Position numbers and translations under genes: made by a program. This document shows positions 1-11,860 of a stretch of DNA of 64,000 nucleotides, one piece after another. The first letter of the stretch is position 1. Each line of letters begins with the position of its first letter. A model generated the notes under the pieces. It had not been told where the DNA came from. It made no database searches and was given only the letters and a program-made list of their open reading frames with translations. Origin of the DNA: Anolis carolinensis (taxonomy: Eukaryota); NCBI RefSeq assembly GCF_035594765.1, contig NW_026943818.1:35719129-35783128 (forward strand), written 5' to 3'.

Positions 1-273
1 GCCGTGATGCCATCACTCTTTTATATATATAGATAAATTGTATGTAACTATAACTTGTAAGCCGCCCTGAGTCCCCTTCAGGGTGAGAAGGGCGGGATAT
101 AAATGTCGCTAATAAATAATAGCAAATAAATAATTAAGCAGAGGCTGGATGACTATCTATTGGGAGGGCTTGTATGGTAGTTTTCCTGCATCAAGACAGA
201 TGGCCTTTGGGGGTCCCTTCCGAGTCTAGGATTCTAGGATTCATGCTCTCCCGCCTCCTCTCCTTCCCATCAG

Positions 274-427
274 AACCGGATGCAAGAAAGTCTGGATCTT
301 TTCCGAACCATCCTGGACCTGCCTTGGTTCTCGAAGGCCTCCATCATCCTCTTCCTCAACAAAGTAGACATTCTGGAGGAGAAGATCCTGAGCTCGGACT
401 TGGCGGCCTATTTCCCGGGATTCACAG
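274..427 (+). CDS. GNA15: G-alpha q family (GNA15-like), penultimate coding exon
   Basis: CAG acceptor at 271-273 and GT donor at 428. The 154-bp exon encodes [51 protein letters not shown], including the G4 NKxD motif. Confidence 0.85.
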
Positions 428-829
428 GTAATTCTTCCCCGGTTCCCATTCAAAATATTTCTCTACGTGCCATAGAAAAGCATAGGAAAGGGTTATAGGA
501 GAGGCAGTGGGCGGAGTTATGCAAATCCCACACCAATGCAGAGAGTCAGGAACACTGGGGTGTATGTGGTGGAGGAAAAACAGACAATCTAGGATTGAAA
601 TGAAAGCCTTCATGTGGATGGTGGGCAGTGTGGTGTTTGTGGAGGTTATTGGACATGTTCACGGCACTCGCCATAACCTGCAATGTCATTGGAGGGAGGG
701 CCATTGGTGTCTCCTGAGAAGTGGGAGATATAACTATTTGTAGAAGTGGGAGCTTGTCTGTGTGAGTGGACACCCCAGCCACACATATACACACATATTT
801 TCACTTTTATTATGTGTATAGATTATTAT

Positions 830-1126
830 TACTGCTTTGATTGAAGTCAAAAATCAGAAACTCTTCAAAGCACAGCAGACAAAGAATCAGTACAAGAAAA
901 CCGCACTACAAACTAGAGCAGAATCAGTACAAGAAAACCGCACTACAAACTAGAGCTGGCAGCTGGCACAACAAAACATTGCATGGAAAGTTCCTTGACA
1001 AAATTGAAGGAAAAGCTGACAAGGAGAAGACCTGGCTTTGGCTCAGTCCTAAACGTTTGGGAAGTGTTCAGCTTGTGATTTTGTGATACGAAATCCGGAA
1101 TATCTATCTTGTTTGCTGTGTCATAA

Positions 1127-1183
<57 letters not shown>
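830..1183 (+). mobile_element. R4/Dong-like LINE 3' fragment with an internal deletion and (TAA)n tail
   Basis: Matches 8775-8950 and the 3' UTR near 9625-9700. Confidence 0.85.
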
Positions 1184-1336
1184 TATTATTATTTGAACTT
1201 TATTTTCCAGTTTTTTTGTATGTAAGACATAGATTGGATGACGATGTCTTTTGTGGCCAAATTTGGTGCGATTGGGTTCAGTGGTTTTGTTGTTTACTCA
1301 GTCCTACAACGTACATTACATTTTTATATATCTAGA

Positions 1337-1938
1337 CTAGCTGTGCCCAGCCACGCGTTGCTGTGGCAAAGTCTGGTGGTATGGGAAATAAAGTATTGAG
1401 GAATTGGTGGTAGTTAAGGTAAAGGGTAAACGTTTTCCCTGACATTAAGTCTAGTCATGTCTGACTCTGGGGGTTGGTGCTCATCTCCATTTCTAAGCAG
1501 AAGAGCCGGCATTGTCCGTAGACTCCTCCAAGGTCATGGATTATATGGCAGTGTGGAGTCAAGATAATCCAGTTCAAAGCAGATAATATAAGATTATAAA
1601 TGGGTTATATAGCTGTGTGGAAGGGCCTTGAGTCTACACTGCCATATAATCCAGTGCTAATTTGATAATCTGTGGAAGAGGCCTGAGGCCTAAGTCTGCC
1701 TGTCCCCTGGGCTGAGTTGGTTGCTAGGAGACCAAGTGGGCAGAGATTAGTCCTCTAACTGGCAGCAATTGGATAAAAACAATTATTCCTTTCCCTCTAA
1801 TTAGGACTTTATTTTTCTTTTCTTTTTGTTGTGTCAACCTAGAGGCATGGATGATAGGTTGTGTTGTCAAATTTCGATGTTGGGGGGCCTGTAGTTTTGT
1901 TGGTCACCGTGATGCCATCACTCATTTATATATATAGA
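1337..1938 (-). mobile_element. Non-autonomous Helitron
   Basis: Same TC/CTAG termini and hairpin as the other copies. Confidence 0.8.
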
Positions 1939-2138
1939 TTATTATTATTATTTTCCCTTCTTTTCAGCCTCGTTTTGTTATTATTTATAAACTGGAGAGG
2001 TGTGTTCTTTCTTTGTCTAGTTTCCCTTCTTTTCAACCTTGTTTTATTAATTCAATTAATATTTTATTAGCACTATCGATTCCATGACTCCTGCCTTATT
2101 GACGTGTTATCCGTGTCTCAACCCGCAATCTCTCTCAG

Positions 2139-2383
2139 GTCCGAAACGTGACGCGGCCGCCGCCAAGCGCTTCATCCTCGACATGTACACCGAGGTCTTC
2201 GGCCAATCTTCGGCGGCTTCGGATGACGCCTACGGCGCGGGGCCGTCCAACGAGAGCTCCTGGCCCCGGATCCTCTACCCGCACTACACATGTGCCACGG
2301 ACACGCGGAACATCAGCACCGTGTTCGAGGACATCAAGGACGCTGTCCTGGCCAGCTATTTGGATGAGTTCAACCTCGTCTAA
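2139..2383 (+). CDS. GNA15: G-alpha q family (GNA15-like), final coding exon
   Basis: Acceptor tctctcAG at 2137-2138. Encodes GPKRDAAAAKRFILDMY...LYPHYTCATDTRNISTVFEDIKDAVLASYLDEFNLV*. It has the G5 TCATDT motif, the GNA15-type insertion after FILDMY and a DExNL C-terminus. Confidence 0.85.
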
Positions 2384-2888
2384 TCCCATCAAGGCGGACA
2401 AACAAGGACCTTTTCAATCCTCGAACTTGGCGTGACATGTTTCTGGAGCTTCACATGGGACATATATTAGACATGTTCACGGCGCTCGCGATAACCTGTG
2501 TCATTGGAGGGAGGGCCAATGGTGTCTCCTGAGCTGTGGGCGCTATAACTATTTGTGGAAATATATTATCTGATACCTGTTGGTTTCGCCGTCCTGGCAA
2601 AAGCACCGGTGAGATGTGTTTCTGAGCAACGTTGAGTTGCAGTGAAGAATCCTCGCTCAAGATGCTTGGTATGGAATGAGACATCAAGTGACATTAGCTT
2701 TGCAAAAGACTCCTCTGGGTGGAGAACTCAACCGACAGGCTTCTCTGCTTCCGGATTTATTTCGTATTAGTGACATTTATATCTCGCCCTTTTCACCCCG
2801 AAGGGGACTCAGGGCGGCTTACAAGTTATATGTACATACAATAAATTATATTATTAGCATAGCACAATATAAGCATTATATATGACTA

Positions 2889-3128
2889 ATAGCTTTGCCC
2901 GGTCACGCGTTGCTGTGGCTTATGGGAATCCTTTGTTGGCCAGGTGGAATAGCAGTGAATAGCCTTGCAGTCTCAAAGCCTGGCCGTTTTCTGGAGTAGC
3001 TGGAGCTTTTTGCTGTATGAACGTAGAGGCATGGATGAGGGGTTGTGCTGCCAAGTTTAGTGTTTCTGAGATGTGGTTTTGTTGATTTGTCCTAGGCCGA
3101 AATGTCAGTACCCTTTTATATATATAGA
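2889..3128 (-). mobile_element. Short Helitron copy
   Basis: Degenerate 3' hairpin end and TCTATATATATAAAAG 5' end. Confidence 0.65.
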
Positions 3129-3347
3129 TATTGTACTGTACCACTATATGCAATGGTATGATAATGATGGGGAAATATTATTATTATTATTAGGGAAGAA
3201 TTCTCTAAAGGGATCTCTAAGTTCTCCAAGGCCACCTTATGGTCACCTTCTAGCAGAAATTGACCATAGAATTGCACTACAGGACCTAGTATTAGTATTA
3301 TTATCATTACTGAATTATTATTGTTTTTATGGCATGACGATGATGGA

Positions 3348-3392
<45 letters not shown>

Positions 3393-3514
3393 TCACATCT
3401 GATGTACATGGATGACCTAAAGCTGTATGGGAAAACTGAAACTGAAATCCAGTCTCTAACACAGTCCGAATTTTTAGCACTGATATCAGCATGGAGTTTG
3501 GATTTGTATTATTA

Positions 3515-3834
3515 CAGTAGAGTCTCACTTATCCAATGTAAAAAGGCCGGCAGAACGTTGGATAAGCGAATAAGGATAATAAAGAGAGATTAAGGAAAAG
3601 CCTATTAAACATCAAATTAGGTTATGATTTTACAAATTAAGCACCAAAACATCATGTTATACAACAAATTTGACAGAAAAAGTAGTTCAATACACATTAA
3701 TGCTATGTAGTAATTACTGTATTTATGAATTTAGCACCAAAATATCATGATATATTGAAAACATTGACTACAAAAATGGCTTGGATAATCCAGAACATTG
3801 GATAAGTGAGTGTTGGATAAGTGAGACTCTACTG
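3515..3834. mobile_element. TA-targeting MITE (Tc1/mariner-pogo-like, about 320 bp). Further copies at 12249-12571, 41523-41830, 50908-51215, 54679-60324 (split by the Gypsy element) and 63811-end.
   Basis: TIR CAGTAGAGTCTCACTTATCCAA flanked by TA. Confidence 0.85.
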
Positions 3835-4006
3835 TATTATTATTAGGGAAGAATTCTCTAAAGGGATCTCTAGGTCCTCCAAGGCCACCTTATGGTCACC
3901 TTCTAGCAGAAATTGACCATAGAATTGCACTACAGGACCTAGTATTAGTATTATTATCATTATTGAATTATTATTGTTATTGTTTTTACGGTATGACGAT
4001 GATGGA

Positions 4007-4049
<43 letters not shown>

Positions 4050-4162
4050 TCGCATCTGAGGTACATGGATGACCTGAAGCTGTATGGGAAAACTGAAACT
4101 GAAATCCAGTCTCTGACTAACACTGTCCGAATTTTTAGCACCGATATCAGCATGGAGTTTGG

Positions 4163-4216
<54 letters not shown>

Positions 4217-4824
4217 GGTAGTATTAGGGAAGAATTCTCTAAAGGAATCTCTAGGCCCTCCAATGCCACCATATGGTCACATTTCAGCAGAATTGACCAG
4301 GACCTATTATTAGTAGAATTATTATTGTTATTATTGTTATGACAAGGAGGGATGTCTTTTCTCATACCAAGGTTCCAAAGGCTGCAGAGACCACAGTTGG
4401 GTTTTATTTGCTGCAGAAGACATTTATTTCTAATATGGTGCGAAACAGAAACACGAGGAGTTTGTTAAAGGGACAGAATTGGGGGTCCGGTGGAGTCCCC
4501 TTCTCTGATGGTTTTGAAGCAGAAGTTGGATGGACATCTGTCAGGAGGGATCGGATGGTGTCTTTCTATGTCACAGAATGGATTTGGACTAGACGGCCCT
4601 TGGAACCCATTCCAACTCTAGGACACTATGATTCTATATCCCTATTTCCCATAAATTTGCTAATGACTATGAGGTTGGATGGACATCTGTCGGGAGGGAT
4701 CGGATGTGGACTCCAACTCTAGGACTCCGATATGATTTCATCAAAAGGAAGGCTCAGTGGGAGACGGGGAGGCACTGAAATAGGTCTGAACAAGCGGGAG
4801 ACGGAACATGGAGTCGGGACCTTC

Positions 4825-4965
4825 TCAAGGATTCGATTCCATGACCTTCTGGATCCACGGCAGGAAATGCGCAATGCGAGAGTAAACCCCGGGCGGGGAA
4901 CTGTAGCCGAAGGACACGATCCCATGCACCACACCATTGCAGACCATCGGACCCCCGGAGTCCCC
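4825..4965 (-). CDS. Protease A exon 5
   Basis: [46 protein letters not shown]. The acceptor is AAG. Minus-strand AATAAA signals lie near 4404-4428. Confidence 0.9.
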   Translation of the reverse strand, partial: GDSGGPMVCNGVVHGIVSFGYSSPPGVYSRIAHFLPWIQKVMESNP

Positions 4966-7900
4966 CTTCAAAGGGAAATAATAATAATAGCAATAGCAAT
5001 AACGTAAATAATATGAATAATAAAAATAAATAAACTCGGTTGAATTGGTTGAAACGATGAGAAACCTATTTGAATAGTCAGATATTCCTGTGCTCTCTCT
5101 TTACCTGTACTGTGCTGCATTTCCTCTGCAAGACAATTTTTGTTCCTGGGTTATAAAATGTCATTTCCTAATTGGGTCTATCACAAAGACATGGGAGAAA
5201 AAGGATTCGACTCAATGGGATCTCAGCAGAGCACAAGCTGAACATGAGCCAAATCTTTTAGACACTTTTAGGCGGTAGCCCCGGCCACTCTCCCCATGGG
5301 CCTGACGCGGCCCTCCAAGCTCATTGACCTAGCCCCTGTCCTAAACTTTAGACTTGGGGTTGACCTAAGTCTACCTGATCTTGGGAGGTCTCTTTGCTTA
5401 CATATGGTCTTATGAGATTGTCTAGATGGTCTTTGAAGGTCTCTTTGCTTAGCTATGGCCTTATGAGACCATCTAGATGGCTTTTAGAGGTTACTTTCCT
5501 TACCTATAGTCCTATGAGATCATCTAGATGCCTTTTGAGGGCTCCTTTCCTTACCAATGGCCTTATGAAACCATCTAGATGGTTTTTGAGGATCGCTTTC
5601 CTTATCTATGGTCTTCTGATGGCAAGATGAGATCATCTAGATAACCTTTGAGGGTCCCTTTCCTTACTGATGGTCTTATGAGACCATCTATATGGTCTTT
5701 GAAGGTCCCTTTGCTTAGCTACGGCCTTATGAGACCATCTAGATGGCTTTTGGAGGCCACTTTCCTTACCTATGGTCCTATGAAACCATCGAGATGGTCT
5801 TTGAGGGTCCCTTTCCTTACCAATGGTTTTATGAGACCATCTAGATGGTCTTTGAAGGTCTCTTTGCTTAGCTACGGCCTTATGAGACCATCTAGATGGC
5901 TTTTGGAGGCCATTTTCCTTACCTATGGTCCTATGAAACCATCAAGATGATCTTTGAGGGTCTTTTTCTTTATCTATGGTCTTCTGATGGCCTGATGAGA
6001 TCATCTAGATGGTTTTTGAGGGTCCCTTTCCTTATCTACGGTCTTCTGATGTCCTGATGAAATCATCTAGATAGCCTTTGAGGGTCCCTTTCCTTACCGA
6101 TGGTCTTATGAGATTGTCTAGATGGTCTTTGAAGGTCTCTTTGCTTAGCTATGGCCTTATGAGACCATCTAGATGGCTTTTGGAGATCCCTTTCCTTATC
6201 TATGGTCTTCTGATGGCCTGATGAGATCATCTAGATGGCCTTTGAGGGTCCCTTTCCTTAAATATGTTCTGTTGAAGTGAGACCATCTAGATGGTCTTTG
6301 GAGGTCTCTTTGCTTACCTATGGTCTTATGAGATCGTCTAGATGAGGGGTCCCCAAACTAAGACCCTCCAAGGTCATTGACCTGGCCTCTGTCCTAAACT
6401 TTAGACTTAGGGTTGACCTAAGACTTGAAGGCACACAACAACAATCCTAATTTTGGACTATTTCATCCTAGTCTGGCCCCCCCAACAGTCTGAGGGACTG
6501 TGAAAAACTTAAAAAGTTTGAGGACCCCTGCCATAGGGTATACAGCCAGTGTGATGCGGCAGCAAAAAGAGCCAATGCAGTTCAGGTCTCCCGTGTCTGG
6601 ATCCCCCTCGCTGCTTACCTGGCTTGTGTCCAGGAGCTGCTTGCGGCTCCCCGCACAGATCATCCCGTCGTCCAGCCAGGGGTAGACCATGCGGCACTTC
6701 CTGCGACTGTAGATGTTGACGTCGGTCTCAAAGAGCCTGGGAGTGGCTCTGCCTTCGTCAATCAGGCCCCAGCCGGCGATGTTGCAGGAGGTGCCGGCGG
6801 GGAGGTCGCTGCCAGACTTTGGCAAAGGCACAATTTGGACGTATTTGTTTAGGACGGGTTTGAACTCCAGCTGGGAAAAAGGGAAAGACAGGCAGCAGTT
6901 AGGCAGGTGCTTTTAAGCAGGGTCCCTGAGGCTGTTGGGAGATGTCCCTGTTTGGGCGCCAAGATGGGGAGCCACTGCAATGTCCTTCTTCTCATAGTCT
7001 CTTTTTCCTCAGCTCTTCTCCGTAAGTTGCATATTTTTATGAGGGTGAGCTTCTCTGCTAGTTTGTTTCCCTCAAATTGTTCTTCTTCTTCTTCTTGTTC
7101 TTCTTGTATATCTTCTAGTCGTTTCAGACTCAGGGCTGAGGATAGTTTAAGGTTCTTCCCATTTCGTCAGTACCTGTGAAAACCATGACTCCTGTCTTAC
7201 AGCCAGGGATATATAGTTCTCCTTACCTTCAGCAGGAGGATGTCATTCGAAATGCTCTCGGGGTTGTACTCGGGGTGTTCGTGGTATGACTGGACCCCGA
7301 TCACTTGCTGGGACTCCTCGAAGACATCAAGGTTGTGGGCCCCCAAAACGACCGTGATATCGCTGCAAACGGAGAGGATCGGGTTAAAAGCCTGGCATAA
7401 AAAACCCATAGGGATTTTTTTTATAAATATATATATATTATTTTAATTGGACTTGGACAGTTTTATCATACTTTGGAGTACTTGACTACTCTTCTCTCTG
7501 GCATAATCTGGTAATTTATTCTATGACAATTCTCAAGCGGCGGTGAATTCTCAGTTCTCAAAAACCTCTCACTGGCTATATACTCTATGGGGAGAGTGGG
7601 CGGGGCTACCGGCTAAAAGTGTCTAAAAGATTTCTAGAAGATTCCGAACTGTCTGTGCAGGCACAGGAAATACTATATGTACGTATTTCACAGTTGACCA
7701 GTATTGTGACTCAGGTGGAATCTCAGATTGACTCTGATGAGGATGATGGGATTCAGGTTCAAAATCAGGTTCAAAATGTCCCTGTTGTAGAAGAGGAGGA
7801 ACAGAGAGTGCAAGTTCATTTTCCCACAGCAAGGAATGATGTTGATGATACTGAAACTAGCCAGGTGCAAATGGACTTGGAAAAGGAGGACAGTTCTCAG

Positions 7901-9702
7901 TCTTGATAATGAGGCTCAGCAAATGAACGAGCAGGCTGACCTTGACGAGACAGGTTCCTTAGATCGAGCTGACCGTTTGGAATTCAGGGTTCGGAGGAGT
8001 GTGAGAATCGCAAACAAGAGGGAGGTTAGAGGCCAGAGAAATGCTTTCATTTCATTTCACTTTGTTTATTCCTAGTGATTTCTTGAATTACTCTCTAAGG
8101 CTTTATTTTGTAATGATTTCTTGGAACTTTACTTTAGCTTTTAAAGAGCTCTTTATCTTCTATTTTCTAATAAACTAAAAAAGACTTCAACCTGTGTGCA
8201 GTTTGGTGTATACAGCAAGGTGAAGCTAACCTGAGGTGCGATAACCACGATGGAGAAACCCATAAGGTTTATGAGTGGGTCCTAGAATTGGAAGAGACCC
8301 CAAGGACTATCCGGTTGAACTTTCATTCTGCCACGGCACTATCCGATCCCTCCCAACAGATGGCCACACTGCCTCTGCTTCTAAACCCCCAGAGAAGGAG
8401 ACTCCATCACACCTTATGAGATGCTGAATCTTTAGGATAGGGTTCTGCTCTTTCTTTGAAATTCAGGGTGAAACAGAGAGAAGGAAGCCAAACCAATTTA
8501 ATGCTACTCACTCCCTGCAATGTGCCGCAGTCATGACCCATTGGGGCGCCACCAGGAATCCACCGCAACCATAATCACCCCCTACTTTCAAGGCGGCGAT
8601 GTATGGTCGGGAGTGGGGCTTGGCTTCTTGGCCTCCAATGATCTGGCTCCGCAAAGGATCTGCAAATAATAATAATAATAATAAGATCAGGGGGCAGAGG
8701 ACTCTTACAAGTAAAACAAGCAGTCAAAGAAGAAGAACATGCCCTGGCAGAATATGTAAAATAAAATGAAGAACTGCTTTGATTGAAGTCAAAAATCAGA
8801 AACTTCTCAAAGCACAGCAGACAAAAAAAAAATACAAGAAAACCGCACTACAAACTAGAGCTGACAGCTGGCGCAACAAAACATTGCATGGAATGTTCCT
8901 TGACAAAATCGAAGGAAAAGCTGATAAGGAGAAGACCTGGCTCTGGCTCACGAATGGGACCCTGAAGAAGGAGACAGAAGGCCTGATCCTTGCAGCCCAG
9001 GAGCAAGACATCAGGACAAAGGCAATTCAGGCCAAGATTGAAAAATCAGCAGATGACCCAAAATGCAGACTGTGCAAGGAAACCGATGAAACCATTGATC
9101 ATATCCTCAGCTGCTGTAAGAAAATCGCACAGACAGACTACAAACAGAGGCACAACTATGTGGCCCAAATGATTCATTGGAACTTATGCCTCAAGTACCA
9201 CCTCCCAGCAGCAAAGAACTGGTGGGATCACAAACCTGCAAAAGTCTTGGAAAATGAGCACGCAAAGATACTGTGGGACTTCCGAATCCAGACTGACAAA
9301 GTTCTGGAACACAACACACCAGACATCACAGTTGTGGAAAAGAAAAAGGTTTGGATCATTGATGTCGCCATCCCAGGTGACAGTCGCATTGAAGAAAAAC
9401 AACAGGAAAGACTCAGCCGCTATCAGGACCTCAAGATTGAACTTCAAAGACTCTGGCAGAAACCAGTGCAGGTGGTCCCAGTGGTGATCGGCATATTGGG
9501 TGCCGTGCCAAAAGATCTCAGCCGGCATTTGGAAACAATAGGCATTGACAAAATCACGATATGCCAACTGCAAAAGGCCACCCGACTGGGATCTGCGCAT
9601 CATCCGAAAATACATCACACAGTCCTAGACACTTGGGAAGTGTTTGACTTGTGATTTTGTGAAACGAAATCCAGCATGTCTGTCTTGTTTGCTGTGTCAT
9701 AC

Positions 9703-9743
<41 letters not shown>

Positions 9744-9820
9744 ATCACACAGTCCTCGACACTTGTGATTTTGTGATATGAAATCCAGCATATCTATCTT
9801 GTTTGCTGTGTCATACAATA

Positions 9821-9861
<41 letters not shown>

Positions 9862-9930
9862 ATCAGTCCTATATACTTGTGATTTTGTGATACGAAATCC
9901 AGCATATCTATCTTGTTTGCTGTGTCATAC

Positions 9931-9985
<55 letters not shown>

Positions 9986-10291
9986 TTAATAAATCACACA
10001 GTCCTAAACACTTGAGAAGCGTTCAACTTGTGATTTTCTGATACGAAAATAGACCTCATTTGCTGTGTCATACTATGTCTTTGTGTCAATAATAATAATA
10101 ATGATGACGCAAACGAACCACTAATTTTGCACAGGATAATCCCCACATACGGGCAACGAAGTGAATGTTGGATGCAACAATTTGAAGGAAACAAACTAGA
10201 AGTTCATCCTGATAAAAATATGAAACTTACGGAGAAGAGCCGAGGAGAAAGCGACCGTCAGGAGAAGAAGGATATTGTGGAGTCTCCCCAT
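4825..10291 (-). CDS. Serine protease A, granzyme/mast-cell-protease/duodenase-like (S1A), 5 exons, about 245 aa
   Basis: Exons (minus strand) 10291-10231, 8659-8512, 7362-7227, 6870-6619, 4965-4825. All introns are GT-AG with phases 1,2,0,0. Signal peptide [20 protein letters not shown], then [17 protein letters not shown] (His57), NDILLLK (Asp102) and GDSGGP (Ser195). Confidence 0.92.
5385..6345. repeat. About 50-60-bp CATCTAGATG-core tandem array (intron 4 of protease A)
   Basis: Units ...atgagaccATCTAGATggcctttgagggtccctttccttacctatggtct... Confidence 0.85.
6619..6870 (-). CDS. Protease A exon 4
   Basis: [35 protein letters not shown]...[15 protein letters not shown], 252 bp. Confidence 0.92.
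6964..7021 (+). pseudogene. Orphan inverted copy of protease exon 1 (signal peptide) inside intron 3 of protease A
   Basis: ggcgccaagATG context, [19 protein letters not shown] and a CGTAAG donor, followed by about 60 bp homologous to intron 1 of genes A and C. No matching exon 2 is nearby on the + strand. Confidence 0.75.
7227..7362 (-). CDS. Protease A exon 3
   Basis: [45 protein letters not shown], 136 bp. Confidence 0.92.
7702..8243 (+). mobile_element. Solo LTR-like element in intron 2 of protease A
   Basis: Near-TSD ACCAG/ACCAC, AATAAA and a 3' end ctgaggtgcgata related to the element ending at 63119. Confidence 0.6.
8512..8659 (-). CDS. Protease A exon 2
   Basis: [49 protein letters not shown], 148 bp. 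Confidence 0.92.
8684..10100 (+). mobile_element. 5'-truncated R4/Dong-clade non-LTR retrotransposon (RLE type) followed by tandem extra 3' ends and (TAA)n
   Basis: ORF 8779-9654 has a CCHC finger ([18 protein letters not shown]), RHN and a PD..D..K restriction-like endonuclease motif (TPDITVV..IIDVAIP). It is flanked by (TAA)n. Confidence 0.9.
10231..10291 (-). CDS. Protease A exon 1 (signal peptide)
   Basis: ATG in GCCAAGATGG context, GTAAG donor, encodes [20 protein letters not shown]. Confidence 0.85.
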
Positions 10292-10325
10292 CTTGGCGCC
10301 CAAACTGGGGCGTCTCTAGCGTGTC

Positions 10326-10390
10326 TTTTATAGCCTGTCAGTCACTCCACTTCCACAATTCTGAGAAACTTAGTTGTTTGTACTTTATCA
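10326..10390 (-). promoter_or_regulatory. Proximal promoter of protease A
   Basis: TATAAAA (10332-10326), ETS GGAAGT (10354-10349), GAS/STAT TTCN3GAA (10359-10367) and GATA TGATAA (10390-10385). Confidence 0.55.
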
Positions 10391-10903
10391 AGATTGGAAC
10401 GCGAGATCTCAGCAGATCTTAACTGGTCCGCGCTGGGAGATAATGGCAACGTCTCAGAACGGCGAAAAAGTGGGGAGATCTAGGAAATAATGCCCGATCC
10501 ACTCCTCAATATGAGCTTTCAAAGTATTTCAACAAGGCTCTCGTGTCTCTTTCTCTCGACCGACTTTTCTCCAAATTGAGTCTCCTTCTCTCCTTAGACG
10601 CTTTGGGGACACTCCCAACAGATTGCCCTCAACAGATGGCCATCCAGTCTTTTTTTTTATAAGTTGTTTTTATTGTGCAATTTGTAAGCAACTTGTATCT
10701 TTCTTGTTACAAACAGTGATCGAAAGTCTTTTCTCATTAGAATAAAAAAACACATCTTAGATAACCACAACCCAAATGCCAACATAAAGTGTGGGAGAAC
10801 GAAAGAAAAGAAAAAAAAAAGAGAAGAGAAAAATAAAAAGAAGAATAAAATAAAATAAAAACAGAAAAGGATAAGACAAGAAAAAAATAACTTTATAAAT
10901 ATA

Positions 10904-11817
10904 CTAGCTGTGCCCGGCCACGCGTTGCTGTGGCGAAGTCTGGTGGTATGGGAAATAAAGTATTGAGGAATTGGTGGTAGTTAAGGTCAAGGGTAAACGT
11001 TTTCCCCTGACGTTAAGTCCAGTCATGTCTGATTCTGGGTGTTGGTGCTCATCTCCATTTCTAAGCCGAAGAGCCGTTGTTGTCCGTAGACTCCTCCAAG
11101 GTCATGTGGGATGACTGCATGGAGCAGCGTTACCTTCCCACCGGAGCAGTACCTATTGATGCACTCACATTTACATGTTTTTGAACTTCTGGGTTGGCAG
11201 AAGCTGGGGCTAACAGTGGGGGCTCTGTCAGTTCCCCCAATTCAAACCTGCGGCCTTTCGGTCCAGAAGTTCAGCAGCTCAGCACTTTAACATGCTGTGC
11301 CATCAGGGGACATTATTTCCTAAAGGTTGTGAATATACAATATTTCTGATTGTTTTTTTTTTGTCTGTTGGAGGCAAGTATGAATGCTGCAATTAGGAAA
11401 AATGATTAGGATGTAATGGCCTTGCAGATTTAAAGCCTGGCTGTTTCCTCCCTGAGTGATTTTTTTGTTGGGAGGTGTTAGCTGGCCCTGATTGTTTCCT
11501 GTCTGGAATTCCCTTGTTTTCAGAGTGGTGTTGTTTGCGATATTTTATATGCTTCTACTGTCTGTGGCCCTGAGAAAACAGAGGATTGGCCAGACTTTGA
11601 TGATGGGAATCCTTTGTTGGGAGGTGTTAGCTGGCCCTGATTGTTTTCTGTGTGGAATTCCCCTATTTTCAGAGTGTTGTTCTTTATTTAGTGTTCTGAT
11701 TTTAGAGATTGTATTGTTCTGTTTTATTATACCACATTAATTTTTATATATTCTGATTTTAGTGTTTTTGAATACTTGGAGCCAGATTGTATTCATTTTC
11801 ACAGTTGACTGCAACAC

Positions 11818-11860
<43 letters not shown>

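Noticed and set aside
650-2560. About 95-bp direct repeat in the last intron (about 650-745) and 3' UTR (about 2468-2560) of the GNA15-like gene
   Set aside because: It is short and diverged with no structural or coding signal, most simply a repeat fragment or local duplication.
5394-5950. Repetitive ORFs such as LMRPSRWxLxVPFLTYG (also at about 36000-37900, 44468-45222 and 61793-61996)
   Set aside because: These are translations of the CATCTAGATG tandem arrays.
8779-9654. 291-aa ORF as a host nuclease gene
   Set aside because: It is the 3' part of a truncated R4/Dong LINE with a UTR and (TAA)n tail, and related fragments occur elsewhere in the window.
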